NCBI GenBank assembly: GCA_964016885.1
Contig: OZ024740.1
Span: forward strand, 81,530,001-81,594,000
DNA length: 64,000 nt
Direction of reading: 5' to 3'
From: Eledone cirrhosa
Lineage: Eukaryota
In this document: positions 1-11,659 of the stretch, one piece after another
How positions within the stretch are numbered: position 1 is the first letter of the stretch
Layout: every line of letters starts with the position of its first letter
The notes under the pieces: generated by a model
What the model was told of the DNA's origin: nothing
The model's input: only the letters and a program-made list of their open reading frames with translations
Databases searched by the model: none
Position numbers and translations under genes: made by a program

Positions 1-394
1 GTATTGAGGTACATATGTCACGGATTCACACGTTTGGTTCGGCAGACAAATGTGTTAACATTACACCAACGCGCCAACCTTGCTTCCGCCCCTTCAATTG
101 AAAGCTATATAACCATAGCAGGTAACATGTATATACATGTATATAAATGTATATAAACAATACCAGGTATACATGTATATAAATAGGGAGACAAAGATGT
201 GGGTTCGTGTCTCATATACGTCAATACTCATCCTTTTTTTCCATTCAGAGTTTTTTTTTAATCCCAGCTAACATACTAATACTATTTAGACAAATATATA
301 TATATATATATATATATATTGAAGCTTTGAAATGAACTACACAAAATAAAAAATACATTCTAGCAAATCCTAAATAATCAAAATCCGTCACCAC

Positions 395-2070
395 TTTGGC
401 CTCAACATTTTTGCTTAATGCTCAAGTCATCAGCCCTTCCACCAATCCTAAAGAAATTGAACATCCAATTCATTGAAGATTGGATTGATGACCATCGTAA
501 CTAAATCCCATACTTCGTCCTCAGCTAGACCCATCACAATCCACTCCACTTGGAAGCCGAGGTGAAAGTGAAGAATTCCAAAAATATCTGTGCAGCTCGC
601 ACTGGCAGAAGAAAGAGAGGGGCCTGGCATTTTTGCACATGATTCTTTTTCGACAGAGATTAAGAACTTATTTTCCAATGGGTACTATGAAGCAGTCACT
701 GTGTACAGTAAAACCAACAACTTAATAGTAATTGGGCTCTGTAGGCCACCCCCAATGCCTCTTGCATGCTTCAAGGAATGCCTCAACAGCATAAAGTGTT
801 TCATCCAGCAGCGTCAACCTGGCAATATCTTAATGATGATGGGGACTTCAACCTCCCCGGTGTTGACTGGTGCACAAACAGCTTGATTCTAAGTTGTTCC
901 ACCTCAAACCGTGACAAGGAGGCATTAGAATCGTTTCCTGACTTCATGAATAAGGTTTGCCTGTCTCAATGTGTGCTCGCTGCAACAAGGTGCCACAAAC
1001 ACCTATTGGACATAATGTTCAGTAACCACACCGATATTATGTGGAAAAAACACTACTCTCGGTCCATGACATGATTCTCTGTGATCAGAAATTCCACCGT
1101 CAGAAAAGCAAAACCAATGACATTTCTCCAGCCCATCCATTTGACACCATTGATATTATATATGTAAACTGTGAAGCGATCAATCATGATCTGGTACATG
1201 TCGATTGGTCTTTGACGCACACTCACACACCCACTAACATCAAATAAGTGTTTCTATTTAGACACAAGGCCAGCAATAATCCAGTGCATTACTGGTACTT
1301 TATTTTATCAAATAATACTGGCATAAATTTGTTGACACGGTAACATATATATGTGCAAAACATACTCCATTAAGAACTGTAAACAAATCAAAGTGCAGAA
1401 TCACTAGAAATAGAAGTACACGTATCAGAAAAATCAAAATAATTAACAAATCAATGAACGAACTTAAATACTGCCAGCAGCAACAAACCCATTTGACTGC
1501 CATTACATCACTAGATTTGACAAAGCTAAACCTACAAAACAGCATGATGTCCATTATCAACAGTCAAAGAGCAGCTGAAATGGCCTGGGCCATTGAGAAA
1601 GTCAAACTCAATTCTAACGTGTTCTTTTAATTTGCGAAAAAACAAAAGTTCACTGGCTCCATTGTTGGACCTCTGATTGATGAAAATAGAACTCTCCAAG
1701 ATAGGGCTAAAATCATGGTTGAGATACTGCAGAAACAATTCTGCTCTGTTATCAGTAGTCCTGATATAGCTGATCTAGACTATACCAGTGATGTTATTCC
1801 CCAAAAGACTACATTCGGACATAACATTTGGCGCTCCTGGTGTCTTAGCGGCAATAAACGAAGCTAAACACAATTCAGAAGTAGGCCCCGAGAAATTCCC
1901 AGATTGTGTCCTGAAGATGTGTCGAGACCAACTTGCATCTCCTATTGCTAATCTGTGGAAGAAGAGACTGGATACTGGATATATACCATAAACTTACTAT
2001 CCCAGTCTCTTGTTCCTGTTTTCAAAAAAGAGAAACAAGTCCCTCGCCGTGAATTACCGTCCGATCTCCG
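395..2070 (+). mobile_element. Decayed non-LTR retrotransposon (LINE, CR1/L2/Jockey-like) ORF2 fragment: APE endonuclease, linker and start of RT
   Basis: Frameshifted pieces carry APE motifs (LIVIGLCRPP, GDFNLPGVDW, LLDIMFSN, SVHDMI) and pre-RT motifs (GPEKFPDCVLKMC..LASPIANLW, LVPVFKK, NYRPIS at ~2050-2068). Multiple stops and frameshifts; truncated after NYRPIS. Confidence 0.85.
1250..1312 (-). mobile_element. SINE 3' fragment inserted in the LINE
   Basis: cacaaggccagcaataatccagtgcattactggtacttttattttatc closely matches the reverse complement of the 3' part of the SINE at 11290-11478. Confidence 0.75.
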
Positions 2071-2297
2071 AAGTATATATATATTGTTATACATTGGGAG
2101 GGTCATGCTGCCAATAAAAACACACGCACTTGTTGGTTTTCAATTTATTATTGATTTCCGGTTGGTTGTCTGGTTCGATAACCGGATGGTTATTTTCATA
2201 TTGTCAAAGATCTTTCTTCACACATTCTGCGACTCCCTCAGTGACTGGGTTTTTATTTTATGTCCCTACTTTGTTCTGCCCTATAGCATCTTGTCTT

Positions 2298-2338
2298 TTA
2301 TATATATATATATATATTCTCCCTATTTACCCCCCCCC

Positions 2339-2398
<60 letters not shown>
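2298..2398. repeat. (TA)n microsatellite with a poly-C interruption
   Basis: Directly visible. Confidence 0.95.
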
Positions 2399-2401
<3 letters not shown>

Positions 2402-2427
2402 TATTCTTTGTAGAATAGCCGAATGAA

Positions 2428-2520
2428 ACACCAGTAATGCACTGGGTTCAATTTTATCAACATACCTCTTTCCACCGAAATGTGTTAGCCTTGTGTTTAA
2501 ATTAGAAACCATTAATTATA
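2428..2520 (+). mobile_element. Diverged SINE 3' fragment
   Basis: accagtaatgcactgg...gccttgtg..aattagaaaccattaatta resembles the tail of the 11290-11478 SINE. Confidence 0.55.
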
Positions 2521-3394
2521 CACATTGCACCAAGCAATATATTTGTAACGAAGTGTAAATGTTTTCTAACGATAAACGAGCATTTATGAGACAGTACGAT
2601 GCGTGCTGTGTCTGCACAGTGCTTATACATTTTTGTTTTGTTTTCGTTTCTTTCATCTTTTAAGAATCCAAAAGCAAAATAAAGACAAACAATTTACTAG
2701 AAAGTCAAATGAAACAACTTTATATTAAAAGATAATGTTGTTAAGAGAATAATCTAGGTAATAGCTTTCACTATTTCACCACAAAAAATTGGTAAAAACA
2801 ACGTACATGCAATTGTGTTGGCTTATATATTTTAAATAGAAAAGCCATTTAATAATCCGAAGAGAAGCAGTTATTTGTCTGTGATTCTGTTGCTGGCTTT
2901 CAACAACAGCATAGAAAATCTTATCCATATAGTCTGAACTGGTAGCCTATGAATGTATGTATGTAAGTATGTATGTATCTATGGATGGATGGATGGATGT
3001 ATGTGTATGTGCGTGTCCGTATGTGTGTGTGCGTGTGTAATTGTTACGCAAGATTCGTGTTTTGAGTCCTATAATGTTATATATAGTGATGCTATGTTGG
3101 CAATATTGACAACAAAACACACACGTACTATTTATTGTACAGTTCAGTGGGATTGGTAATTATTAGTTAGTTTGTCAATCTTCTTTCGTCAGACATTCCG
3201 TGACTATTATTTAATCAAAAGTTTTGGTTTGTGGTCAGGAGTTTGATATTTCGAAATTTTAATATTTTTCTAGAAAAAACACATTTTTTTAAAATTTATC
3301 AGTTCATATAATTAAATCAACAGAGTATATATTTATTTTATTACACAAGCGTATCAAAAGCAAACAAGTAAAAACAAATAACACTTATAAATCA

Positions 3395-4490
3395 ACTTAT
3401 ACACGTCAGAAATGACTGGATTTCCTGGATTTGCAGTTGTAGTCCAGGTCGCATTCCCTCACTAGCCCCCAGATATAGTCCCACATCAATTTTTCATTGT
3501 AGTGGCCCTGGTATCTCCGCTCTATCTATTTCACATCTTGGTGGAATCGTTCGCCTTGTACTTCTGAGTAGGCACCCATATTGTCCTTGAAGTTTAATGA
3601 AGCATATGGAGTTTAAGCGACATCCTGCATCCCATGGCGCCAAAAGCCTTTATCAGAACCTGCACCAGTTGTTGGTAGTTTTCAGCTCTGTAGTTGCCCA
3701 GGAAGCCCTTAACAACTGCCTTGAAACAGTTCCCTTGCTGTTCCTCAATCCTATTGAGTATATTGGAGAACTCGCTAGACTCAAACACCTTCTTTATCTG
3801 AGGTCCAAAATAAATTCCACATTTGATTTTGGCCTCAGATAACTTGGGGAAGAACGCAAGAAGGTACTTAAAAGCTGCTGATTCTTGGTTGAGAGCCTTC
3901 ACAAACTGCTTAATCAACCCCAACTTAATGTGCAGTGGTGGCATGAGCACAATGCTGGAATCAACCAGTGGCTCCCACATGACGTTCCGTGTCCCAACTA
4001 CAAATTCTGTTCGCTACTCACAGTTCTTTCTTTTGTAGTGGTCAGAGGTGGCTCTGATGTCCCAAAGTTAGAGGAACCATTGGAATTTGATAAAGCCTCC
4101 TTGGAGTCCAAGCAGAAAAGCCACCATCTTGAACTCACAAATGATTTCCCAATTGTTCTGGTTGTATTGCAGATCTTACAAGAGGACTTTCACACTGTAA
4201 TAATCTTCCTTCAGGCAGATTGAATAAGCTAGGGGCAGTGTCGGGAACTTGTTTCCATTGTGGAGGAGGACAGCCTTCAAACTTGTGGTGGAGCTGTCTA
4301 TAAATAGCCGCCACTCCTTGGGCACAAACGGCACCCCAATAACGTCAAACAGTCCAGGCACGTCATGGCAGACGCAGAAGCCATCCCTAAGAGTGTAAAA
4401 GCCTGAGAAAGGTTCGTGTCGATTTCTCTGAATTGTCACCTGCACTTAAACCTTCACCAAGTTCCACTGCTTCATCCTGGAGACTAATGC
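3395..4490 (-). mobile_element. Decayed DNA transposase, Chapaev(3)/CMC-like
   Basis: Broken minus-strand frames contain EWRLFIDSSTTSLKAVLLHNGN, FKMVAFLLGLQGG, LMPPLHIKLGLIKQFVKAL, MSLKLHMLH, QGERFHQD and RYQG..DYIWGL. I recall these motifs from Chapaev3-type transposases; the family call is from memory. No TIRs confidently located. Confidence 0.7.
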
Positions 4491-4883
4491 TTAAAACACA
4501 ACTTACCCTTTATTGAGGGTGCGAAAATCCAGTATCAATAAATCTCTTTAATCCACTTTTTAACAATGTTATACTATATTGCACTTTTATAATTTTCTTT
4601 AGCCATTACACTTTATTTTATAATTTTAATTTTGCCTGAAACATATATAAAAATCATTTATCATAAGCAAATTAAACGTACATACAACATTAATTCCAGC
4701 ATACAAATAATTCTAGTGAATAGCTTAGAATTTAAAAAAAAAAACCCAAACTTTTAACTGTTTAATAGCACTTTTTTTTATTGATTTGGGACCTAAGCAA
4801 CACACAAAAAGTGATTAGAAGCCAGGAACAGAGATATTTTTTTTTGTTACACGCTGTAATCAACAAACCATTTAACTTATTGT

Positions 4884-5320
<437 letters not shown>

Positions 5321-5710
5321 TACGTATGGATACACCGTACATTTATTATAATGCTCGGTGTGTTTGTAAACAAACATCCCGAATTAAGCCGTACAGTGTC
5401 TAGCAACCATCGTTGGTCATTTGTTCAACACTGACAAAGGAGCGTTGTACTAGTTTCAAGCTAATTATCTATCGTCAGCAACGTATACCTTCCTGCCAGA
5501 TGGTTGAACGTGTGAAAGTATTAATTTCCTTATGCATATTAACGGCTGAGCAGCCTAATTTGCATATCGAGGGAATTAATCCGCCGGGGTACCGAAAACG
5601 ATAAACGGAAAAAATGAAACGAAATTTCATTTCTTACTCTTAGTACGGATGTTACTTAAATATAAGTATGTATACGTACATACATATATATGTATACAGA
5701 CGTACAGTAG

Positions 5711-5761
<51 letters not shown>

Positions 5762-6197
5762 GCACACATATATATGTACGTATGGATTCACCGAACATTT
5801 ATTATACTACTGTACGTCTGTATACATACTTACTTTTAAGTAACAGCCGTACTAAGAGTGAGAAATGAAATTCGTTTCATTTTTTCCGTTTATCGTTTTC
5901 GGTACCCCGGCCGATTAACTCACTCAATATGCAAATTAGGCTGCCCAGCGATTAATATGCATAAGGAAATTAATAATTTCAGACGTTCAACCACCTGGCA
6001 GGAAGGTACACGTTGCTGACGATAGCTAATAAGCTTGAAACTAGTACAGCGTTCCTTTGTCAGTGTTGAACAAATGAGCAATGATGGTTGCTAGACACTA
6101 TACGGCTTAATTCGGGATGTTTGTTTACAAACACACCGAGCATTATAATAAATGTTCGGGGAATCCATACCTACATATATATATGTGTGCATGTATG

Positions 6198-6259
<62 letters not shown>

Positions 6260-6569
6260 TTGTAATAGAATGAAAACGAAATTTCATTTCTCACTCTTAG
6301 TACGGCACTTACTTAAATGTAAGTATGTATGTATACGTATATACATATATGTATACAGACATATGGCAGAAGGGTATACGGTGCTGATGATAACTAAGAA
6401 GCTTGAAACTAGTACATCGTTCCTGTGTCAGTGTTGAACAAAAAGATGACGTGGTTGCCTTAACACCGTACGGCATAAATTCAGGCTGTCAGTTTGTTTA
6501 CAAACGGACAAAGGGGGCGTTATAATAAACGTCCGCTAAACTGATACGTACATATAAGTATGTGTACCT

Positions 6570-6590
6570 GTATGTATATATGTATATATA

Positions 6591-6623
<33 letters not shown>

Positions 6624-6629
6624 ATATAT

Positions 6630-6721
<92 letters not shown>
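6570..6721. repeat. (TA)n microsatellite
   Basis: Directly visible. Confidence 0.95.
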
Positions 6722-6724
<3 letters not shown>

Positions 6725-6922
6725 AACGAGTAGAACCCCAACGGCTGAGCTCAAGCCGTTTCGACGGCTAATTCTGGACAGAATTTTGTCCAGAATTAAC
6801 CGTCGAAACGGCTTGAGCTCAGCCGTCGAGGTCCTACTCGTTCCTATTACCCACTCTACTACCCTAAGTATTGAATACTTTGGTGCGTCATGTTCCACCT
6901 GGTTCCTTACCACATTTCCTTC

Positions 6923-6927
<5 letters not shown>
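6720..6927 (+). mobile_element. (TA)n-flanked Penelope pLTR-like fragment whose 5' part is a 128-bp palindrome containing the 3' half of a hammerhead
   Basis: 6720-6847 is a near-perfect palindrome centred on aatt (6782-6785). The right arm reads stem-GAAA(6805-6808)-CGGCT-TGAGCTC-AGCC-GTC(6825-6827). Confidence 0.6.
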
Positions 6928-6959
<32 letters not shown>

Positions 6960-7474
6960 TTAAAATTATTGAAATAATTAATTGACCCGCGTGCATATTA
7001 TTTTATTATTTTATGTTTTGCGATGACCTCCCCTTTCCGTTCCGCTTAATGGCAGTGTTAGTTTTCTCATTGTGAGACTGCTGGAATTTCAAATTTGGCG
7101 GTCATTCTGGCACGGAGGTGTACCATCGCTGAACATTAATATCGGTAAGGCTTTTTTTATATAGATATTTGTCGGGCATCCACTGATGATTTATAAGTGC
7201 CCACCTACATATATTCTTACGGACTATGTGTAGGCTTCTACATAACCTGGACATTATTTTCCCAATTTGTAGAAAAATTATAATGAAACGATCGTTTGGA
7301 AAGAGAGATTTATCTTAATTATGTCCTATATAAAATAATACAACTGGCTATCCGCAAAATACGTATAGTTAGCACTCCAAACGTATAATTGGGATTATAC
7401 TAAGGTATATCCTAATGTTTGTTGAGTGAGACGGAAGCCGGTCTGAGTATTGCTTAAAACTTTCTCTGTTAATG

Positions 7475-7535
<61 letters not shown>

Positions 7536-7612
7536 TACAGACACACACACATATATATATAAAATAAAATAAAATAAATAAGTCAAATATTTAAAATGTG
7601 GCTTCGTTTATT

Positions 7613-7667
7613 ACTGCTATATATATTTCGGTGACACCCATCTTTGGCTGTGACCTCTTCAGGCAGT
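7613..7667 (-). ncRNA. Minimal type I hammerhead ribozyme (Penelope-type)
   Basis: Minus strand: ACUGC-CUGAAGA-GGUCACAGCCA aaga UGGGUGUCACC-GAAA-UAUAUA-UA/GCAGU. Helix I has 5 perfect bp, helix II has 9 of 11 bp with a G10.1-C11.1 closing pair, helix III is the palindrome AUAUAUAU, and the predicted cleavage triplet is AUA. Confidence 0.8.
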
Positions 7668-8084
7668 CCGAATTAGTGTGGTAGAAACGGGTACACACGT
7701 TGTTGAGGTGTTTAACTTCGTCAATTCTCCGATATTCCCAGTTCCTGGTTGGGTTGTTATTTCTCTGAGGAACTGGAATCATATGAATTCGAACAAACGA
7801 ATTTCAGCGTCAAAGGGCACCCTCTTCTCACATTGGTCAGTTGTGAGAACATTCCTCAGTCAAAGGTCTATAGAAATTCCTTATGAGGCGAGCAATCTGT
7901 AGTGGTTGCTTTTGTTATTGTTAAGTACAGCTGACCCCCTCCCTTATGTTGGTAGTGGTGTTGGTGTTGGGATCAGCTTAAGTCCGGCTGCTGCTATTTT
8001 TAAAAGAATGTGTTTGTGTGTTGGCATCTATCCTGCCACCATTTCTCGTGGCGGTGGTGGGCGGGGTCAAGCAGATGAAGAAAT

Positions 8085-8350
8085 AAGATAAAGTAAAATG
8101 GGGAAATAAAAGGCAATAAAATGAAGAAAATAAAAAGAAAAAAAGAAAAAAGAAAAAAATGAAGAGAAAAATAAAATGAAATGAAAAGGTAAAAAACTAA
8201 AAAATAAAAGAATAAAATAAAGAAATAAAAAAGTAAAATAAAATACAATAAAATAAGATAAAATAAAATAAGAAAATAAATAAACAAAAAAATGATAAAA
8301 TAATAAAAGGAATAAGATAATAAAAGAATAAAATAACATAATCAAATAAA
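8085..8350. repeat. A-rich low-complexity (AAAAT/AAAG)n tract
   Basis: Directly visible. Confidence 0.9.
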
Positions 8351-9042
8351 ATGCGTGTGTTATAACCAATCTCAAAGTTTGACAGATTTGGAAGATATTG
8401 ACCGAAGTAGAAAGGCCGTGTAAGAATCAATCTTTACACTATCATGGTGTGGTGCATTTTAAGAGCAAATGAGACAAGGGTGGAGTGTAATACCCCAGAA
8501 TCCGAGTGTTAAAATCCGGAAATGCAGAGGACTACAGTTCCCCTTTTGTCATAGAGCTCATATGCGTGTATGTCAACTCACATCGTCCCAAGCACACACG
8601 CACGTTTTTTTCTTTATTCCCCTACTTTTTTTCTTTTTTCTCCCCGCACCTTCCTTTTCTTCTCTTTTTATTCCCCTTTTATTCTGTTACATCTTTTTTT
8701 TCTTCTTTCATTGATTGATTTGTTTATTTCTCTTCTTGTTATTTGCATCTTCCATCTCAACTCCCTTTCTGTATTTCTACCTTGCTCTACGTCCTCTTCT
8801 TCTCTAAGTTTATCATATTATTTGTCGTATAAAAATGTTGAGGGTTGGTGAAATAAATCACTGCCACTATTGGAATTGAATAATCAAAACCGTAGCGGTA
8901 TGTCGAATATCAAATCTTATATTTTATCTTATGAAAACGTACTTAAACACCTTTGTACCTTTGAAATATGTATAATAACATATATTTTGATCATGAGAAT
9001 ATTCTTCATTTATTAATGTTTTGAACAATATATATATATATA

Positions 9043-9966
9043 CTAGCAGAATGGCCCGGCGTTGCTCGGGATTCTAAACACAGATTGGCATGCTTAACCC
9101 TCCTTTCTGAAACAGTTTCGTCGTATGTACACCAATTGATGCAGAAGTGCTAATAAAAACTGAAGTCCGTTTGGGTGAATAGACAAACAAATTTCCATTA
9201 AGATTTTTCAAATGTAATTGCGTTCCCTCGCTTTTTTGTTGTTGTTTTTTTTATGCTGTTGTTGTGATCGCAGCCGTTGGTCGCACTACTAACACAGTCT
9301 CGTCCTTCAGCCAATCTTGTATATCCCCTTCTGCCTCGTCTACCTAAAAAATGATTGTAGCACCTCCTTGTACACAATGTTCCTTGTTCTTCCGTGTCGG
9401 CCATATGCAAAAAGATTTGCCTTGCTTCCCACTCATTATCAGCCAGCGTATAGTTGCACGTGTGAAAAACATATATTAAAATAACAGATTAAAGTTTAAG
9501 CAAAGAATCGCTGCTTTCACCCTTAACGGGATCTTCTGAAACTAAACAAATCAATCTGTGAACACAGAAGAACATATTTCGAAAAACGTTGCAAACGAAG
9601 GAAGACAGGAAGACGATACTTTGTTTCGTGAAGACGTTACATTGCAATGAACGGAAAATACGTCAGCAATGAGAACAATATTTGTCATAATGTCGTAATG
9701 CAGACAGCCAGACATACATACAGATATTATAAGTGTGCGACCTTATAGCTATGTATCTATTTTAAAATCAGACTAAGAGAGATAGAGAGATCGCTAACCG
9801 GCGCCTAATGTGGTCCCTAGGGCATTGACAATTTGGAATAGGTTTTGCTCAAAACACTCACACGACCATAAGTATTACATGTGTAAAGTGTGAAAAAAAT
9901 CGATTGGGTGGTTCTCGAGTTTCAATGGGTCAGACAGACGGATATTCTCTGCTTTAGATATATAGA
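9043..9966 (-). mobile_element. Non-autonomous Helitron (~920 bp)
   Basis: Minus strand begins TCTATATATCTAAAG with nearby (CTGT)n. It ends with hairpin CCCGAGCAACGCCGGG (9055-9070), then CCATTCTG-CTAG followed by T. These are canonical 5'-TC and 3'-hairpin-CTAG Helitron termini. Confidence 0.75.
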
Positions 9967-10504
9967 CTAGCAGAAAACCACCCGGTGGGCGGTTTTCTGC
10001 TAGCAAATCTAGTGTATATACTGATATTATTGAGATTTGGATGAGAAATGTTTTCGGCACCACATGTTCACCGTCTCTCGGTGCGTCTTTTATGCATGTA
10101 TAAATATATATGTCATCTATACGGTGAAATCTTTGAAATAAATATATGTTAAAACGAAAAAGGAGAAAAAGAGATTAGTGACGGAAATATAAACGTTATG
10201 ATACATAAACGTTATGATATAACGATGGAAATATATCCTCAAATGGTCCTTGGCATGGTTTCAAGTCAGAACCGCCTCGAACTGGTTACTTCTAGCTTGT
10301 GCAAGGTGTCTCTATTGCAACCAGCGATTCCCTCGGCCTCAGTGACCAAAGTCAGTGGAGAGGGGAAGGTAATGTTTCTACAGCGACAGTGTTTCTCTTG
10401 GTAGTACCAAAGTGGAGAAAGGAAGGGGAAGGTAATATTTATGTAACACCTACATTTGAGTTTTAGGGAAGGACAGACAGACAGTCTGACAAACAAACAG
10501 AGGA

Positions 10505-10586
10505 ATGCCCATATATTTCTGTGTGTGTATATATATATATATATCAATATATATATATTTCACACACTGAAATGTTTATATATTTC

Positions 10587-10617
<31 letters not shown>

Positions 10618-10790
10618 TACACACACAGAAATGTATATATATTTCTGTGTGTATATATATATATATATTACACACACAGAAATGTATATTTATTTCTGTG
10701 TGTATATATATATATTTCTGTGTGTGTGTATATATATATATATATTACACACACAGAAATGTATATACATTTCTGTGTGTATATATATTT
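10505..10790. repeat. Minisatellite of ~55-65-bp self-complementary units ATTTCTGTGTG(TA)nTACACACAGAAAT
   Basis: About 4-5 repeats of tttctgtgtg...cacacagaaa are visible. Confidence 0.85.
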
Positions 10791-10912
10791 CTTAGAACAA
10801 AATTATTATTAATGTTTTGCTGTTCATAACAATTGGAATTGAAAAAATTACTTTTGAAATTATTAGTTATTTTACTAATGTTTAGATATGTAAAAATGAA
10901 GCAATGATTCTA

Positions 10913-10972
10913 ATAATTGTTTCTACTTTTGGCACAAGGCCAGCAATTACCCAGTGCATTACTGGTACTTTT
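10913..10972 (-). mobile_element. SINE 3' fragment
   Basis: Reverse complement of ~11420-11478 (taattgtttctactttggcacaaggccagcaatta). Confidence 0.75.
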
Positions 10973-11289
10973 GCAATATAATAATAGAAAGTACTGGTAC
11001 TTTTGCAATATAATAATAGAAATAAATATCGATTTTACAAACATTTCAATAGACCTTTTTATTTATTATTTAGAACAGATGAATTGGAGTTATGTCTAGC
11101 TGTTTAAAATTCGTTGAACAAAAGGAAAAACAAAACACAAAAGATTCAAAGATATTTAGACAATCAAATAGGCAGTGATGTGACCATCAGCAGTCTTCCA
11201 AGACATGGTTTCCCAAACAAAAACTTAAAAAAGAAAATGGATATAGATGAGCAACTTTAAATAGCATTATTATAGAATCTTATACAGAG

Positions 11290-11478
11290 GGCGGTGAATT
11301 GGCAGTATCGGTAGAGGGTTGGACGCCATGCTTTCTAGCATAGTTACGTCCCTTTACAGTCTGAGTTCAAATCCCGCCGAGGTTAACTTTGCCTTTCATC
11401 CTTACGGGGTCGATAAAATAAAGTACCAGTAATGTACTGGATAATTGCTGGCCTTGTGCCAAAGTAGAAACAATTATT
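11290..11478 (+). mobile_element. tRNA-derived SINE, near full length
   Basis: A-box-like TGGCAGTATCGG (11300-11311), B-box GAGTTCAAATCC (11363-11374), central gcctttcatccttacggggtcgataaaataaagtacc domain and AT-rich tail. Several copies occur in this window. Confidence 0.85.
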
Positions 11479-11611
11479 AATAAGAATATTCAAACTTATT
11501 GAAAAAGGAGGAAAGAAAACGAATATAGTATGGTTAAAATAAACCTAAAGATATAAAGGTACAATATATGTAAATGTTTTACATAATATAGCCTCGCCCA
11601 TAACAACAGAT

Positions 11612-11654
<43 letters not shown>

Positions 11655-11659
11655 GTAAT

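Noticed and set aside
7170-7205. ctgatga inside a gggcat...gtgccc stem as a hammerhead
   Set aside because: No helix II followed by GAAA.
8465-8510. gagacaagggtg...taccccagaatccg as a decayed hammerhead
   Set aside because: Both core boxes are mismatched; too degenerate to support.
8000-8851. F/L/I-rich ORFs as membrane proteins
   Set aside because: They derive from A-rich and T-rich low-complexity DNA.
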